DNA from: Candidatus Latescibacterota bacterium
Lineage (GTDB): Bacteria > Latescibacterota > UBA2968 > UBA8231
DNA length: 64,000 bases
Assembly (NCBI GenBank): GCA_965243025.1
Contig: CBDETY010000003.1
Span: 544,001-608,000, forward strand
Reading direction: 5' to 3'
Under the pieces are notes generated by a model. The model was not told where the DNA came from and did not search any database. It saw nothing but the letters and a program-made list of their open reading frames with translations. Below are positions 7,979-18,178 of this stretch, in pieces; positions within the stretch are counted from its first letter, which is position 1; every line of letters starts with the position of its first letter. Made by a program: the position numbers and the translations under genes.

Positions 7979-10624
7979 TTGGCACCCGAAGCGGAAATCC
8001 GCTCCCCGGGCCCGGGAAAGCCCGGCGGAACCCTCGCAGCCCTCCTCGTACTGTTCTTCGTCTCCGGGGCCTGCTCCCTCGTGTACCAGCTGATCTGGGC
8101 GCGCATGCTGGTCGTGGTGTTCGGGGTCGGCACCTGGGCGGTGAGCACGGTGCTGGCGGCCTTCATGGCCGGCCTCGCCCTCGGCAGCTTCGGTTTCGGA
8201 CGCCTCGCCGACAGGCGCGGGGATCCGCTGCGGATTTACGGCCTGCTCGAGATAGGGATAGCCGCCGCGGCCCTGCTGATTCCGGCCGGCATCGCCGGGC
8301 TGGAGGGGGTCTGCGCCGCCCTGTCCCGGGTTACCGGGGACGCGGGGTTCGCCGCGGCGCGGTTCGCCCTGACCTTCGCCCTGCTGCTGGTGCCGACGAC
8401 CCTGATGGGGGCGACCCTGCCGGTGCTCAGCCGCTTCGCCGTCGTCAGGGCGAGCGAGGCCGGGCAGGGGGTCGGCAGGCTCTACGCGGCAAACACCTTC
8501 GGCGCCGCGGCCGGCTGTCTGCTGACCGCCTTCGCGCTGCTGCCCCACACCGGAACCTGGGGGGCGACCGCGGCGGCGGCGGCCGGGAACGCCCTCGCCG
8601 GCATCGCCGCCATTCTTCTGAACAGGGCATGCCAGGGGCGGCCAGGGGCCGTGGTTACCGGAAAACCCACCGACGCCGCTAAAGGAATGGGCGGGGCCAC
8701 CGCAGCCGGTAGTTCCGGCATCCCTCCGGACACGGGCGACACCTCCGGTATCCCCCCCGGGGCCGGCAGCCAGGACAGCCCCGGACAAGAGCCGCTCCCG
8801 GGCTGGGTCGGCCCCGCGGTCCTCGCCGCAATGGCGGTGTCCGGGTTCGCCGCCCTCGGGTACGAGGTGGTCTGGACCCGGCTCCTCAGCATCCTCAACC
8901 GGACCACGACGGCGCAGAGCCTCTCGGTCATCCTGATCGCCTTCCTGCTCGGCATCGCCGCCGGGGGAGCAGCGGGGGCGCGGCTGTCGGTCCGCCTCCG
9001 GGACGCCGTCCTCGCCCTGGGAACGGCCCAACTGCTGATCGGCCTCTTCGGACTGCTGTCGACGGCGCTGCTGGGCGGGGTTCCGGCGTACTTCAAAATC
9101 CTCGGAAACCTCTTCGGCATCCCGCCGCTCGCCCAGCTGTTTCTCGCCGCCCTCGTGGTCACCATCGTCCCGACCTGCCTGATGGGGGCCGCCTTTCCGA
9201 TCGCCGGCCGCCTCAACGTCCGCCGTCTCGACCGCGTCGGCCGCTCCGTCGGCGACCTGTACGCGGCCAATACCGCCGGGGCGATCGCCGGCGCCCTCGC
9301 CGCCGGCTTCCTCCTCGTCCCCTGGCTCGGCACCCAGGGCTCGGTGGAGGCCCTGGCCTGGTGCAACATCGCGGCGGGGACCGCCCTGGCCGCACTGTCC
9401 CCGCAGTCGCGCCCGGCCGGGAGGCTCAGGGCGCTCGTCCTCGCCGGGGCGGCCGCGGCGGCTCTCCACGTGGCCATTCCCGGAGACCTGTTCGTCCGCC
9501 TTCTCTCCGGACTGGAGGCGAAAGGGAGGCTCCTCTACTACAGCGAGAGCACCGCCGGCACCGTGACCGTTCACGAAACCAGGGAGGGCCAGCGCTCCCT
9601 GAGGGTCAACGGGACCGGCGAGGTGCGCAGCGACTTCGCCTCGATCCAGACCTTCCGCATGCTCGGCAACCTCGCCCCCCTGCTCCATCCCGACCCGCGG
9701 CAGGTAGCGGTCGTCGCCTTCGGCGGCGGCGTCACCCTGTCCTCGGTCGAGCTCCACCGCCCCACGCACCTGGCCTGCGCCGAGGTCGTCCCCGGGGTCT
9801 TCGGCGCCGCCCCGCTCTTCGCCGAGTACAACAACCGCATCGCCGACCGCTTCGGCGCCGGTCACCTGCGGCTGATAGCCGAGGACGGCAGGAACCACCT
9901 GCTGCGCACCGGGAACCGCTACGACGTCATCATCTGCGACTCGACCCATCCGACCACCGCCGACAGCTGGCTTCTGTACACGCGCGAGTTCTACCGACTC
10001 TGCCGGCAGCGCCTCGAGCCGGGGGGCATGGTGGCCCAGTGGGTGCCGTCCCACGGGCTGTCGGTCGAGGAGTACCGGACCATCGTCCGCACCTTCTCGC
10101 AGGTCTTCCCGCACACATCCCTCTGGATCAACCAGGTCTACACCATCCTGCTGGCGACCCCGGGGCCGCTCGCCGTCGACATGAAGGATCTTGCCGGGAA
10201 GCTGACGCGGCCCGCCATCGCCGCCAACCTCGGCAAGGTCGAGCTCGCCGATCCGGTCGCCTTCCTCGGCACCATCGGGCTGGATGAACGGGGGGTTGCC
10301 GGCTACGCCGGCGAGGGCAACGTGAACACCGACCGGAGGACCCGGGCGGGGTACCGTCAGCAGGGGGAGCGGCTCGACGGCTCCGGGGTGCTCGAAAGTC
10401 TGAGGCCCTGGCTCGTCGGCGAGGCGGGGGGCTGGCTGAAGGCAGGTCCCGGGGACCTGCTGGATGTCGAGAGGAGGCTGCGGGCCCGGGAGCGCAGCCT
10501 GGCGGGGCTGGTCCGCATGATGAGGGGTGAGAACGCGGAGGCGGGCGAGCTGTTCGAAGCCGCCACGGCCATCGACCCGGGGGAGGCCATGGCCCTGCGG
10601 CTGCAACGGATCCTCCGGAGGTGA
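7979..10624 (+). CDS. Fused MFS-like/spermidine-synthase-like membrane protein with C-terminal TPR-like helices
   Basis: FFVSGACSLVYQLIWARML, FMAGLALGS and LYAANTxG repeats. Rossmann-like domain with AFGGGVT, CAEVVP, EDGRNHL, YDVIICD..HP, LYTREFY. Confidence 0.9.
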   Translation: MAPEAEIRSPGPGKPGGTLAALLVLFFVSGACSLVYQLIWARMLVVVFGVGTWAVSTVLAAFMAGLALGSFGFGRLADRRGDPLRIYGLLEIGIAAAALLIPAGIAGLEGVCAALSRVTGDAGFAAARFALTFALLLVPTTLMGATLPVLSRFAVVRASEAGQGVGRLYAANTFGAAAGCLLTAFALLPHTGTWGATAAAAAGNALAGIAAILLNRACQGRPGAVVTGKPTDAAKGMGGATAAGSSGIPPDTGDTSGIPPGAGSQDSPGQEPLPGWVGPAVLAAMAVSGFAALGYEVVWTRLLSILNRTTTAQSLSVILIAFLLGIAAGGAAGARLSVRLRDAVLALGTAQLLIGLFGLLSTALLGGVPAYFKILGNLFGIPPLAQLFLAALVVTIVPTCLMGAAFPIAGRLNVRRLDRVGRSVGDLYAANTAGAIAGALAAGFLLVPWLGTQGSVEALAWCNIAAGTALAALSPQSRPAGRLRALVLAGAAAAALHVAIPGDLFVRLLSGLEAKGRLLYYSESTAGTVTVHETREGQRSLRVNGTGEVRSDFASIQTFRMLGNLAPLLHPDPRQVAVVAFGGGVTLSSVELHRPTHLACAEVVPGVFGAAPLFAEYNNRIADRFGAGHLRLIAEDGRNHLLRTGNRYDVIICDSTHPTTADSWLLYTREFYRLCRQRLEPGGMVAQWVPSHGLSVEEYRTIVRTFSQVFPHTSLWINQVYTILLATPGPLAVDMKDLAGKLTRPAIAANLGKVELADPVAFLGTIGLDERGVAGYAGEGNVNTDRRTRAGYRQQGERLDGSGVLESLRPWLVGEAGGWLKAGPGDLLDVERRLRARERSLAGLVRMMRGENAEAGELFEAATAIDPGEAMALRLQRILRR

Positions 10625-10630
10625 CTTGCC

Positions 10631-11575
10631 ATGAACCGCCCCTTCGATCCCCTGACCGCCGTCCACTTCCACGAGCGCGACCCCGGAACCGGCTGGACCA
10701 GGGACCCCTGGATCGCCCTCGATCTCGACAGCCCCCTCGATTCGGTCAGCATCCTGACCCCCAACGTCGTCCGGCTGCCGGCGGGGGGCTACCGCATCTA
10801 CTACACCGGCCTCGGGCCCGCCCATCCCGATCCGGATGCGGTCGGCTACATCCTCAGCGCCCGCTCCGACGACGCCGGGCGCTGGACGAAGGAGGAGGGG
10901 ATTCGCGTCGACCTCCACGGCCCCCACGCCGCCACGCGCACCCTCTGCCCGGACGTCATACCGCTGCCCGGCGGCGGCTGGCGGATGTACTACGAGGCCC
11001 GCAGCGGCGACGAGCCCACGGTCATCCTCAGCGCCGTGTCGGCGGACGGCCTGTTCTGGGAGCTGGAGGAGGGGGTGCGCGTCGGCGACGGGGAATGGTC
11101 CTACGGCACCCCCCGCTGCCTCTATCTCGAAGACGGCCGGCGCCGTCTCTACTTTCACCGTTACGTCCATCCCCGCAGCCCCGACCCGAACGGAGGCAGG
11201 CAGATCCTCAGCGCCCTGTCGAGCGACGGGCTGGAGTGGGAGCTCGAGCCGGGCGTGCGCATCGCCCAGGAGACGGCGCGCGAGACCTTCGCGGTCTACT
11301 CGCCCGAGGTCGTCCGCCTCGGCGACGGCAGTTACCGGATGTACTACGCCGCCTGGAGCGAGGGGATGAACGGCGGCGTCTTCACCGCCACTTCGACGGA
11401 CGGCCTGGCATGGCGCAAGGAACCGGAGCCCTGCCTCGACCTCGGGGGGCCGCTGGACGGCAACATGGTTTCCGAGCCCTGCGTCACCGAGCTGCCCGAC
11501 GGCCGCTTCCGCCTCTTCTACGAGGCGAGCGACGGCAGGGGCAAGCGCATTCTCTCGGCGACCTCGATCCCCTGA
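10631..11575 (+). CDS. Five-bladed beta-propeller, glycoside-hydrolase-like protein (GH32/43/130 clan-like)
   Basis: Repeats of P.V..LP.GGYR.YY...ILSA.S.DG..W..E.GVR. Confidence 0.7.
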   Translation: MNRPFDPLTAVHFHERDPGTGWTRDPWIALDLDSPLDSVSILTPNVVRLPAGGYRIYYTGLGPAHPDPDAVGYILSARSDDAGRWTKEEGIRVDLHGPHAATRTLCPDVIPLPGGGWRMYYEARSGDEPTVILSAVSADGLFWELEEGVRVGDGEWSYGTPRCLYLEDGRRRLYFHRYVHPRSPDPNGGRQILSALSSDGLEWELEPGVRIAQETARETFAVYSPEVVRLGDGSYRMYYAAWSEGMNGGVFTATSTDGLAWRKEPEPCLDLGGPLDGNMVSEPCVTELPDGRFRLFYEASDGRGKRILSATSIP

Positions 11576-11638
11576 TTTCGGGATCCGGTTCGGCGAAGCA
11601 TCTTTCGGGGGGAAGCCTCGACAATGGGAGACATTGAC

Positions 11639-12670
11639 ATGGAACGGAGAATCGTCACGGCCGGTGAGCTCGATCTCGAGAGCCCGGGGCGGCGCGACTA
11701 CCGGGTCGGTCTGCCCCACACCAGCGTCTGGGGAAGCCACCTGATCCCCCTGACCGTCATCGTCGGCCCGCAGGCGAGGCCGGGGGAGGGCCTGGTCGCG
11801 TTCGGCTCCTGCCACGGCAACGAGTACGAGGGGCCGGTGGCGATCAAGCACCTGCTCAGGGAGATCCGCACCGGGGACGTGCTCGGCCGCATGGTGCTGG
11901 TGCCGGTCCTCAACGCCGCCGCCTTCCGGGTCGGGGCCCGCGAGAGCGCGGGGGACGACGGCTTCAACCTCAACCGGGTCTTCGTCGAGGGGGCGGGCAC
12001 CACCCCTGCCATGGCGGGAATCACCCACCGCATCGCCCGCTTCGTGCGCGAGCACATCTGGCCGCACGTCCACATCTGCATCGACCTGCACTCCGGGGGC
12101 GAGGTGGCCCGCTTCGCCCACTGGGCCGGCTTCTTCACCTGCGGCGATCCAGACCTGAACGAGCGCCGGGAGCAGATGGCGCGCTGGTTCGGGGTGCCCG
12201 TGGTCATGGCGTCGTCCAACTCGCCGCCGGACGGGATCTCGCGGGGACTATTCCAGGATGCGGACGACCTCGGGAAGTACTCCATCGGCACCGAGCTCGG
12301 GTACGGGTCGTCGGTCGACGTCGCCGGCGTCCGCTACGCCCGCCAGGGGGTGCTGGCCGCGGCCATTCACCACGGCCAGCTCCAGGGGCAGATCGAGCCT
12401 ATCGGACACCATGCCGACGGCACCCAGCGCCTGGTGCGGGGAGGCGCATCCGAGCTGGCCCCGTACCCCGGCCATTACGAGCCCCTGCTCGAATGCGGGG
12501 AGCGCGTGAGCGAGGGGCAGACCGTCGGGCTGCTGCACGATTTCCAGCGCCTCGACGAGGAGCCGTTCGAGGTCAGGGCGGGGACCGGCGGCATCGTCGT
12601 GACCCAGGCCTGGGGGGCCCGGGTCGAGCAGGGGCAGATGATCCTGATGGTAGCCGAGGAGATCGGGTGA
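11639..12670 (+). CDS. Succinylglutamate desuccinylase/aspartoacylase family deacylase (M14, DoeB-like)
   Basis: GSCHGNEYEGP, NLNRVF, IDLHSGG, TELGYG. GGAGA RBS before ATG 11639. Confidence 0.88.
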   Translation: MERRIVTAGELDLESPGRRDYRVGLPHTSVWGSHLIPLTVIVGPQARPGEGLVAFGSCHGNEYEGPVAIKHLLREIRTGDVLGRMVLVPVLNAAAFRVGARESAGDDGFNLNRVFVEGAGTTPAMAGITHRIARFVREHIWPHVHICIDLHSGGEVARFAHWAGFFTCGDPDLNERREQMARWFGVPVVMASSNSPPDGISRGLFQDADDLGKYSIGTELGYGSSVDVAGVRYARQGVLAAAIHHGQLQGQIEPIGHHADGTQRLVRGGASELAPYPGHYEPLLECGERVSEGQTVGLLHDFQRLDEEPFEVRAGTGGIVVTQAWGARVEQGQMILMVAEEIG

Positions 12671-12676
12671 GGGCGG

Positions 12677-13876
12677 CTATCCCCCTGAAGAACCGTAGTC
12701 GAACGGAGACAGCTGGTCGAGAGTGATCTCGACCCCGAAGCCGGGGGCGTCGGACGGTTTCATCCGCCCCTCCTTCGGAATGGCCGCTCCCGGCATCCGG
12801 GCCGCCTGCTCGGGCGGCACCCCGGGTGCCGAGCCGACGAAGCACTCGGTCCAGGGGATGGCCGGCATGGCGTAGCAGGCGTGCTGGCCGTAGGGGGTGT
12901 TGCCCCCTCCGTGCGGAATGACGGAGATGCCGGCCGCCTCGGCGATGGCGCAGATCTTTACGAGCGCGGTCAGGCCGCCCACCCAGTTGATGTCCGGCTG
13001 CAGGATGTCGACGAGGAAGCGGCTCGCCGCCTGCTGGAACGGCGCCGTCGTGTACCAGTGCTCTCCCGTCGCCAGGGTCTGCCAGGGCAGGCGCCGGCGC
13101 AGCTCGGCGTGGGCGTCGAGCTCCTCGGAGCGCAGCACCTCCTCCATCCACTTGAGCTTGCAGGGCCGCATCTCCTCCCCGAGGCGGACCGCGTACTCGA
13201 GGTCGAACGCCATCCAGCAGTCGAGCATCAGCTCGACCTCGTCCCCGACCAGCTCGCGGGTGCCGGCGACCAGCTCGACGTTCTTCCTCAGCCCCTCGAG
13301 GCCGTCGGCCGGTCCGTACGGGCAGGGCAGCTTGGTCGCCCGGAAGCCGAGCTCCATGTACCAGTCGGTGTCGCCGCCGGTCGAGTAGCAGAACAGCTCG
13401 TCGCGGGCCGGACCGCCGAGCAGCTCGTACACCGGGCGCTGCAGCAGCTTTCCCTTGAGGTCCCACAGGGCGAGGTCGATGGCGCTGACAGCGTAGGAGT
13501 GCAGGCCGGCGGCGCCGTAGGGCGCTCCCATGCGCACCATCATGTCGTAGCACTTCTCCGTGGCCAGGCAGGATTCCCCGAGCAGCCGCGGGCCGAGGTA
13601 GTCGTCGATGACCGCAGCCACCGGGCGCCCGTGACTGGCGGTCGCGAACCCCCAGCTGCCGTCCTCGGCCTCGACCAGGCAGCCCAAGCCGCTCCAGGTC
13701 GGGGTCCAGGAAGGGCGGTAAGCGGCGTAGCGCGGGTACCGGGTCATCGGGTTGGCCACCGGGCCGCTCTCCATCCAGGAGGGACGGGGCGCCGTCCTGT
13801 ATTCCTTCTTTTCGGTGCCGGAGGCGGAAGGTTCGGGGAAACTGGCCTGCACGGCGCGGATGCTCCTGATCTTCAT
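12677..13876 (-). CDS. rhmD: L-rhamnonate dehydratase-like enzyme (mandelate racemase/enolase superfamily)
   Basis: VANPMTRYPRY, SAIDLALWDLKGK...PVYELLGG, ATKLPCPYGPADG, LMLDCWM, KWMEE, TGEH, LQPD, PHGG. Confidence 0.82.
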   Translation of the reverse strand: MKIRSIRAVQASFPEPSASGTEKKEYRTAPRPSWMESGPVANPMTRYPRYAAYRPSWTPTWSGLGCLVEAEDGSWGFATASHGRPVAAVIDDYLGPRLLGESCLATEKCYDMMVRMGAPYGAAGLHSYAVSAIDLALWDLKGKLLQRPVYELLGGPARDELFCYSTGGDTDWYMELGFRATKLPCPYGPADGLEGLRKNVELVAGTRELVGDEVELMLDCWMAFDLEYAVRLGEEMRPCKLKWMEEVLRSEELDAHAELRRRLPWQTLATGEHWYTTAPFQQAASRFLVDILQPDINWVGGLTALVKICAIAEAAGISVIPHGGGNTPYGQHACYAMPAIPWTECFVGSAPGVPPEQAARMPGAAIPKEGRMKPSDAPGFGVEITLDQLSPFDYGSSGG

Positions 13877-14359
13877 GTCGTCACCTGGTTCCGGATTGTC
13901 TGCTGGCGGCCGGAGGTCGGTCCGCGGCCTCCTTTACCAACTTCCTAGCAGGGCACCACAGGTTCGTTGGAACGACATGCGTTGTCCATGCTCCGGATGC
14001 AAGCCGGGTTACCCTGTCGCGTAGAAGATCGGTGGGGTTTCTTCCGTTTTCATCGCTAAATTTGTGAGCAGAAAAGACCGGGTTGCAGGACCGGAAACCA
14101 AACTGCCGTCCGGGAAAGGCGGCCGTCAAGGCGAGGGAAGCAGATGAAGACCATGCTGATTGCCGGAATGTGGTTGCACCTGTTCGGGGCGCACGGTCCA
14201 GGAGCCGTCGAGAACTTCCAGATCAGGGAGTCTCAACAAAGCCCCCCCGGCAGCTACCGTTTCTCGAACCAAGCCGTATCGCCAACTTTTCAGGAGGAGT
14301 TCCGCGTCGCCGAAGGCGAGCAGGATCTCCCCCTGCCTTCCACCAAAGGAGCCCCGAAA

Positions 14360-15007
14360 ATGACAACCCCCTCGATCCGCTGTCCCCGGGTTTCCGGAGA
14401 CGTCGAAGACTTCGGCGCCGAGCATCCGGAGAAATACCGGGAATCCGCACTCCTGCCGCTGCGCCAGTACTGGGAGGGGCCTGACGACTTTCCCGCGGAG
14501 AAGGGGAGCGCCCTGGTCGGGGCGTCAGAGGAGGGCATCAGCTTCTACACCTGCTTCACCGACAGCGACATCTTCTCGACCGCGACCGCCGACAACCAGC
14601 GCATGTGGACCCTCGGAGACGTCGCCGAGTTCTTCGTGAAGCCGGGGGCCGAGCGCAGCGACTACTGGGAGATCCACGTCACTCCCAACGGCTACCTGAT
14701 GGACCTCCACATCCCCGACCGGGAGCGGTTTTCCGCAGGCGAGGTCAGCTGGGATGAGGTGATCGCACCGGACAGCGGGACGCTGCGCCGGGTCTGGCGG
14801 CTCGAGGACAGGTGGGCGGTGGAGGTCCGCATCCCCTGGAAGGCGTTCGGCCTCGATTCAGCCCCGGGCCCGGGGACGGAGTGGTCCTTCGCGGTCTGCC
14901 GCTACAACTACAACGGCGGCCTGGAAGACCCCGAGCTCTCATCCATTGCCCACCTCGGCAGGCCGAGCTTCCACCAGTGGGAGGATTTTACCCGGCTGGT
15001 TTTCTGA
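14360..15007 (+). CDS. CBM9-like/DOMON carbohydrate-binding family protein
   Basis: MWTLGDVAEFFV, YWEIHVTPNG...D, WAVEVRIPW. AAAGGAG precedes ATG 14360. An in-frame upstream ATG at 14144 would add a signal-like leader. Confidence 0.75.
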   Translation: MTTPSIRCPRVSGDVEDFGAEHPEKYRESALLPLRQYWEGPDDFPAEKGSALVGASEEGISFYTCFTDSDIFSTATADNQRMWTLGDVAEFFVKPGAERSDYWEIHVTPNGYLMDLHIPDRERFSAGEVSWDEVIAPDSGTLRRVWRLEDRWAVEVRIPWKAFGLDSAPGPGTEWSFAVCRYNYNGGLEDPELSSIAHLGRPSFHQWEDFTRLVF

Positions 15008-15107
15008 GGCGGCGGCGACTGGGAATGGGATATCCCGGGCTGGGCGGCAATCGCAAGCACGCCGGAAAATGTGCTCGGAAGGGCATCAGCGTAGTCCGGT
15101 TTCAAAT

Positions 15108-15905
15108 CTATCGCTCGGTCCCAACCTTCCGGGCTCGCAGCAGGCAGTCGTCGCTCAGGGGCTCGATCGGCCGGAAGTCGCGGTGGGCGATCCACTCCGG
15201 GCGCTTGAACCGGCGGATGTGGTTGTCGACGCGGCACAGGCTGAGATAGACGATAACCCGGCCCCAGGGGCTGATGTTCGGAGGCGAGGCGTGCACGATG
15301 TTCGAGTGGAACATCAGGACCGCCCCCGGCTTCCCCTTGGGCGCGGCGATCCCCCCTTCGTCCGCCAGGCGGGCAACCGTATCCCCGTCGAGGGTCCACA
15401 ACGGGTACGAGGTCGTCAGGGTATCGTGGCCCGCCTCGATTACCCCCTGCCTGTGGCTGCGCGGGATGATGTACAGAGGCCCGTTGAACTCGCTCACCTC
15501 GTCGAGGAAGAGGGCTGTGTTCATCGCCCTGGCTTCCGGCATCCCGTCGTCACGCGCCCAGGTTCCGTAGTCCTGGTGCCACTGCCAGACATCGCCGCTG
15601 AAGGCGGCCTTGCCGTTGATCTTGTACTGGTGCATGTATACCGGCCCGTCGAGGAGCTGCATAACCGGGCCGATCAGGCGCGGATGGCGCCCGAGTCGGG
15701 CGAAGGCATCGTTGTAGGTATGGGCGGCGAACGCCGTGCGCACCGCCTCGCCGTCCTTCTCGCGCCAGACTTCCTCCCGTTGCATGGCGAAAATCACCGG
15801 CAGCTCGGCTTTCAGGACGCCGACCTCCTCGGAGGTGAAGAGATCGGGAAGGAACAGCCAGCCTTCCGTGTCGAACTGGCGCAGCTGGTCTTCGTTCAAT
15901 CTCAT
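15108..15905 (-). CDS. PhyH-family dioxygenase, proline 4-hydroxylase/ectoine hydroxylase-like
   Basis: VYMHQYKINGKAAFSGDVWQWHQDYGTWARDDGMP, NGPLYIIPRSH, VHASPPNIS...R. Confidence 0.88.
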   Translation of the reverse strand: MRLNEDQLRQFDTEGWLFLPDLFTSEEVGVLKAELPVIFAMQREEVWREKDGEAVRTAFAAHTYNDAFARLGRHPRLIGPVMQLLDGPVYMHQYKINGKAAFSGDVWQWHQDYGTWARDDGMPEARAMNTALFLDEVSEFNGPLYIIPRSHRQGVIEAGHDTLTTSYPLWTLDGDTVARLADEGGIAAPKGKPGAVLMFHSNIVHASPPNISPWGRVIVYLSLCRVDNHIRRFKRPEWIAHRDFRPIEPLSDDCLLRARKVGTER

Positions 15906-18178
15906 CGGAAGGCGAATCTCCTTTTTTCGAGAAGGACAGGCTCGGCCGCATCCTCCACGATCTTCAGGAAGCGGTTGACTTCAATTTGCGAGAAGCTCTG
16001 CCGGGTGCCCGAAGGCCAGGCGATCTCCAGGCGCTCGACCACCTCCGCCGATCCCAGCCCGATCTCCTGTTGCAGGCTGGAAGAGCCGAAGCTTCCTCCC
16101 GTCCCCGCGGTGAGGCAGATGCGCCGCGGCCGGCCGTGCTCGCGGACGTGCGCGGTGATGACGGCGCCGATGCCGTCCCGGTTCGAGCGCACTCCTTCGA
16201 GCTGCAGGGTGAGCCAGCTGTTGCCGTGTCCCGGGTTCTCGAACAGGACGTCCTGGTACACGTCCCCGGAGAAGGCGCCCCCGATCACCTGGTAGATGTC
16301 CTGGTCGCCGTCGTTGTCGATGTCGCCGAAGGAAACGGCGTGGCCCTTTTGCAGGTGGCCGAAGCCCCCCGACGTGGTTACGTCCTCGAAGAAGGCGCCA
16401 CCGGCGTTGCGGAACATGCGGTTGGGCAGCAGCGCCCGCATCTGCGGGTGGCCGGTGCCGATGTAGCAGTCGAGGAATCCATCGTTGTCGAGGTCGCCGA
16501 AGTTGGCTCCCATCGCGGCGATGGCGCGGTGCATGCCGGCTGCCCGCGTCGCGTCGGTGAAGGTTCCGTTCCCCTCGTTGCGATAGAGCCGCGGGCGGTC
16601 GATGACGCTCGGATTGTCGAAGTAGAGGTCGACGATGTCCGCGGCGCTCTCGAACTCGAAGGCTGCGGCGAAGAGATCGAGCCATCCGTCGTTGTCGTAG
16701 TCCCAGAACCAGGTGGGAAAGCTGGCCTGCGGGCCGGCGACTCCCGCCGCGGCGGTGACGTCGACGAACTCGGGTCCGGCCGTTGTGCCGCCATCCGTCC
16801 ATTCCCCAAGGTTGTTCCGAAAAAGGACGTTGTCCGAGTGCAGTATCGAGACGTAGAGATCGAGCAGCCCGTCGTTGTCGTAGTCCCCCCAGGCCACCCC
16901 CTTGACGTACCCCGCGAGATCGACCCCGGCAATCTCGGCGCGGTCGGTGAAGGTGCCGTCCCCGTTGCTGTGGAACAGCTGATTCGGATGCAGGCTGGAA
17001 GGCGCCGTGCCGAAGGCGTACAGGCGCGACTCGTTGCCGACGTAGAGATCGAGCCAGCCGTCGTTGTCGTAGTCTCCCCAGGAGGCCGAGTGGGTGGGGT
17101 GGAAGGAGAGCAGGCCGGAAGACCGGGTCGCGTCGGTGAAGAAACCGCGGGAGTCGTTCTCAAGGAGGCTGTTGGGGTGGAGGCCGTGTTCGTCCAGCCA
17201 TGCCCCGCGCAGCACGAGGACGTCGCGGTCCCCGTCGTTGTCGAAGTCGGCGTGGGTGAGGTTGAGGCCTCCGACCTGTCCGGCCAGCCCGGCCCGCCCG
17301 GTGTGCTCGTCGAAGGTGCCGTCTCCATTGCTGCGGAACAGGCGCAACGGGTCGCGGAGCCCCCAGGATGACGCCATGACGTCGAGAAAGCCGTCGCCGT
17401 CGAAGTCCTCCATGACGCTGCCCCCGGAGAGTCCGGCGGCGGCCAGGCCGCTGTGCGGGGCGACGTCGCGGAACCTGCCGGCGTCGCCGTCGGAGGCGAA
17501 GGTCTCCGGAGGAATCAGCCAGGTATCAGGCACCCCGTGCGGGTGCTCCCCGAGGGTCATGTAGGCCAGGTTGGCGAGCCAGAGGGAGCCGAGATCGTCC
17601 GGGTGGTCGGAGAGGAGACTGCCGAAATGGGAGATCGCGGTGCGCGAACCAAGGGGTCTCGCGTGCACTCCGGCCGCCGCTATCGGAAGAATGCAGGAGG
17701 CGGAGGTGTGCGCAACGAGGCAGTTCTGCTGCTCGCCGAGTCTCAGGTACGAAATTCCCAGCATGTCGAGGAGGAGCCGGCGAGACAGCTTTCGCGACCT
17801 GGGCTCGGACACTTCCCCGGCGCGTCCCCGCAGGCGTTCGAGCTCGGCGATCGCTTCTTCGGTGAGGCCGGCGCGAAGCAGCTCCGCGCTCAGAGCGAGG
17901 CCGGCGGCGATTTCCGCCTCGGGCCCCGCGCCCCCGGCAAGCGAGCCGGCCAGCTGTTGCCGCAGCCCGCGGGCCCGCTCGGCGTTCAGGTACTCGTTCC
18001 CGGCCGGGTCGGCGGTGGAGGCGAGATTTTCGAGCAGGGCCGCCATCTCCAGGTTGGATGCCGGCAGGGGCCTGCCAGGCGCCGGATCTGTTGCCCAGAG
18101 CAGCATCGCCAGGACGGGAAGCAGGTGCCGGAAGATGTCGACGGCAGGGGAAGCGGGGGGATGCGAAGAAGGGTTCAA
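15902..18178 (-). CDS. CRTAC1-family protein (helical N-terminus, FG-GAP/VCBS repeats, ASPIC/UnbV domain)
   Basis: YLRLGEQQNC...H.SASCILP, many DxDNDG.LD repeats, GFGHLQKGHAVSFGDIDNDGDQD, SNRDGIGA...GGSFG...QEIGLG...AWPSG. Start uncertain; TTG 18178 chosen. Confidence 0.88.
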   Translation of the reverse strand: MNPSSHPPASPAVDIFRHLLPVLAMLLWATDPAPGRPLPASNLEMAALLENLASTADPAGNEYLNAERARGLRQQLAGSLAGGAGPEAEIAAGLALSAELLRAGLTEEAIAELERLRGRAGEVSEPRSRKLSRRLLLDMLGISYLRLGEQQNCLVAHTSASCILPIAAAGVHARPLGSRTAISHFGSLLSDHPDDLGSLWLANLAYMTLGEHPHGVPDTWLIPPETFASDGDAGRFRDVAPHSGLAAAGLSGGSVMEDFDGDGFLDVMASSWGLRDPLRLFRSNGDGTFDEHTGRAGLAGQVGGLNLTHADFDNDGDRDVLVLRGAWLDEHGLHPNSLLENDSRGFFTDATRSSGLLSFHPTHSASWGDYDNDGWLDLYVGNESRLYAFGTAPSSLHPNQLFHSNGDGTFTDRAEIAGVDLAGYVKGVAWGDYDNDGLLDLYVSILHSDNVLFRNNLGEWTDGGTTAGPEFVDVTAAAGVAGPQASFPTWFWDYDNDGWLDLFAAAFEFESAADIVDLYFDNPSVIDRPRLYRNEGNGTFTDATRAAGMHRAIAAMGANFGDLDNDGFLDCYIGTGHPQMRALLPNRMFRNAGGAFFEDVTTSGGFGHLQKGHAVSFGDIDNDGDQDIYQVIGGAFSGDVYQDVLFENPGHGNSWLTLQLEGVRSNRDGIGAVITAHVREHGRPRRICLTAGTGGSFGSSSLQQEIGLGSAEVVERLEIAWPSGTRQSFSQIEVNRFLKIVEDAAEPVLLEKRRFAFR

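Noticed and set aside
8714-8761. Small internal duplication encoding SGIPP...SGIPP
   Set aside because: Lies in a variable low-complexity linker of the MFS/SpdS protein; no evidence of function.
7886-12121. 1411-aa minus-strand ORF
   Set aside because: Antisense shadow of four well-supported plus-strand genes; low-complexity translation typical of high-GC DNA.
11639-15905. Ectoine pathway suggested by DoeB-like and EctD-like genes
   Set aside because: No ectABC or doeA/eutD, the genes are in different operons, and the EctD consensus is not matched.
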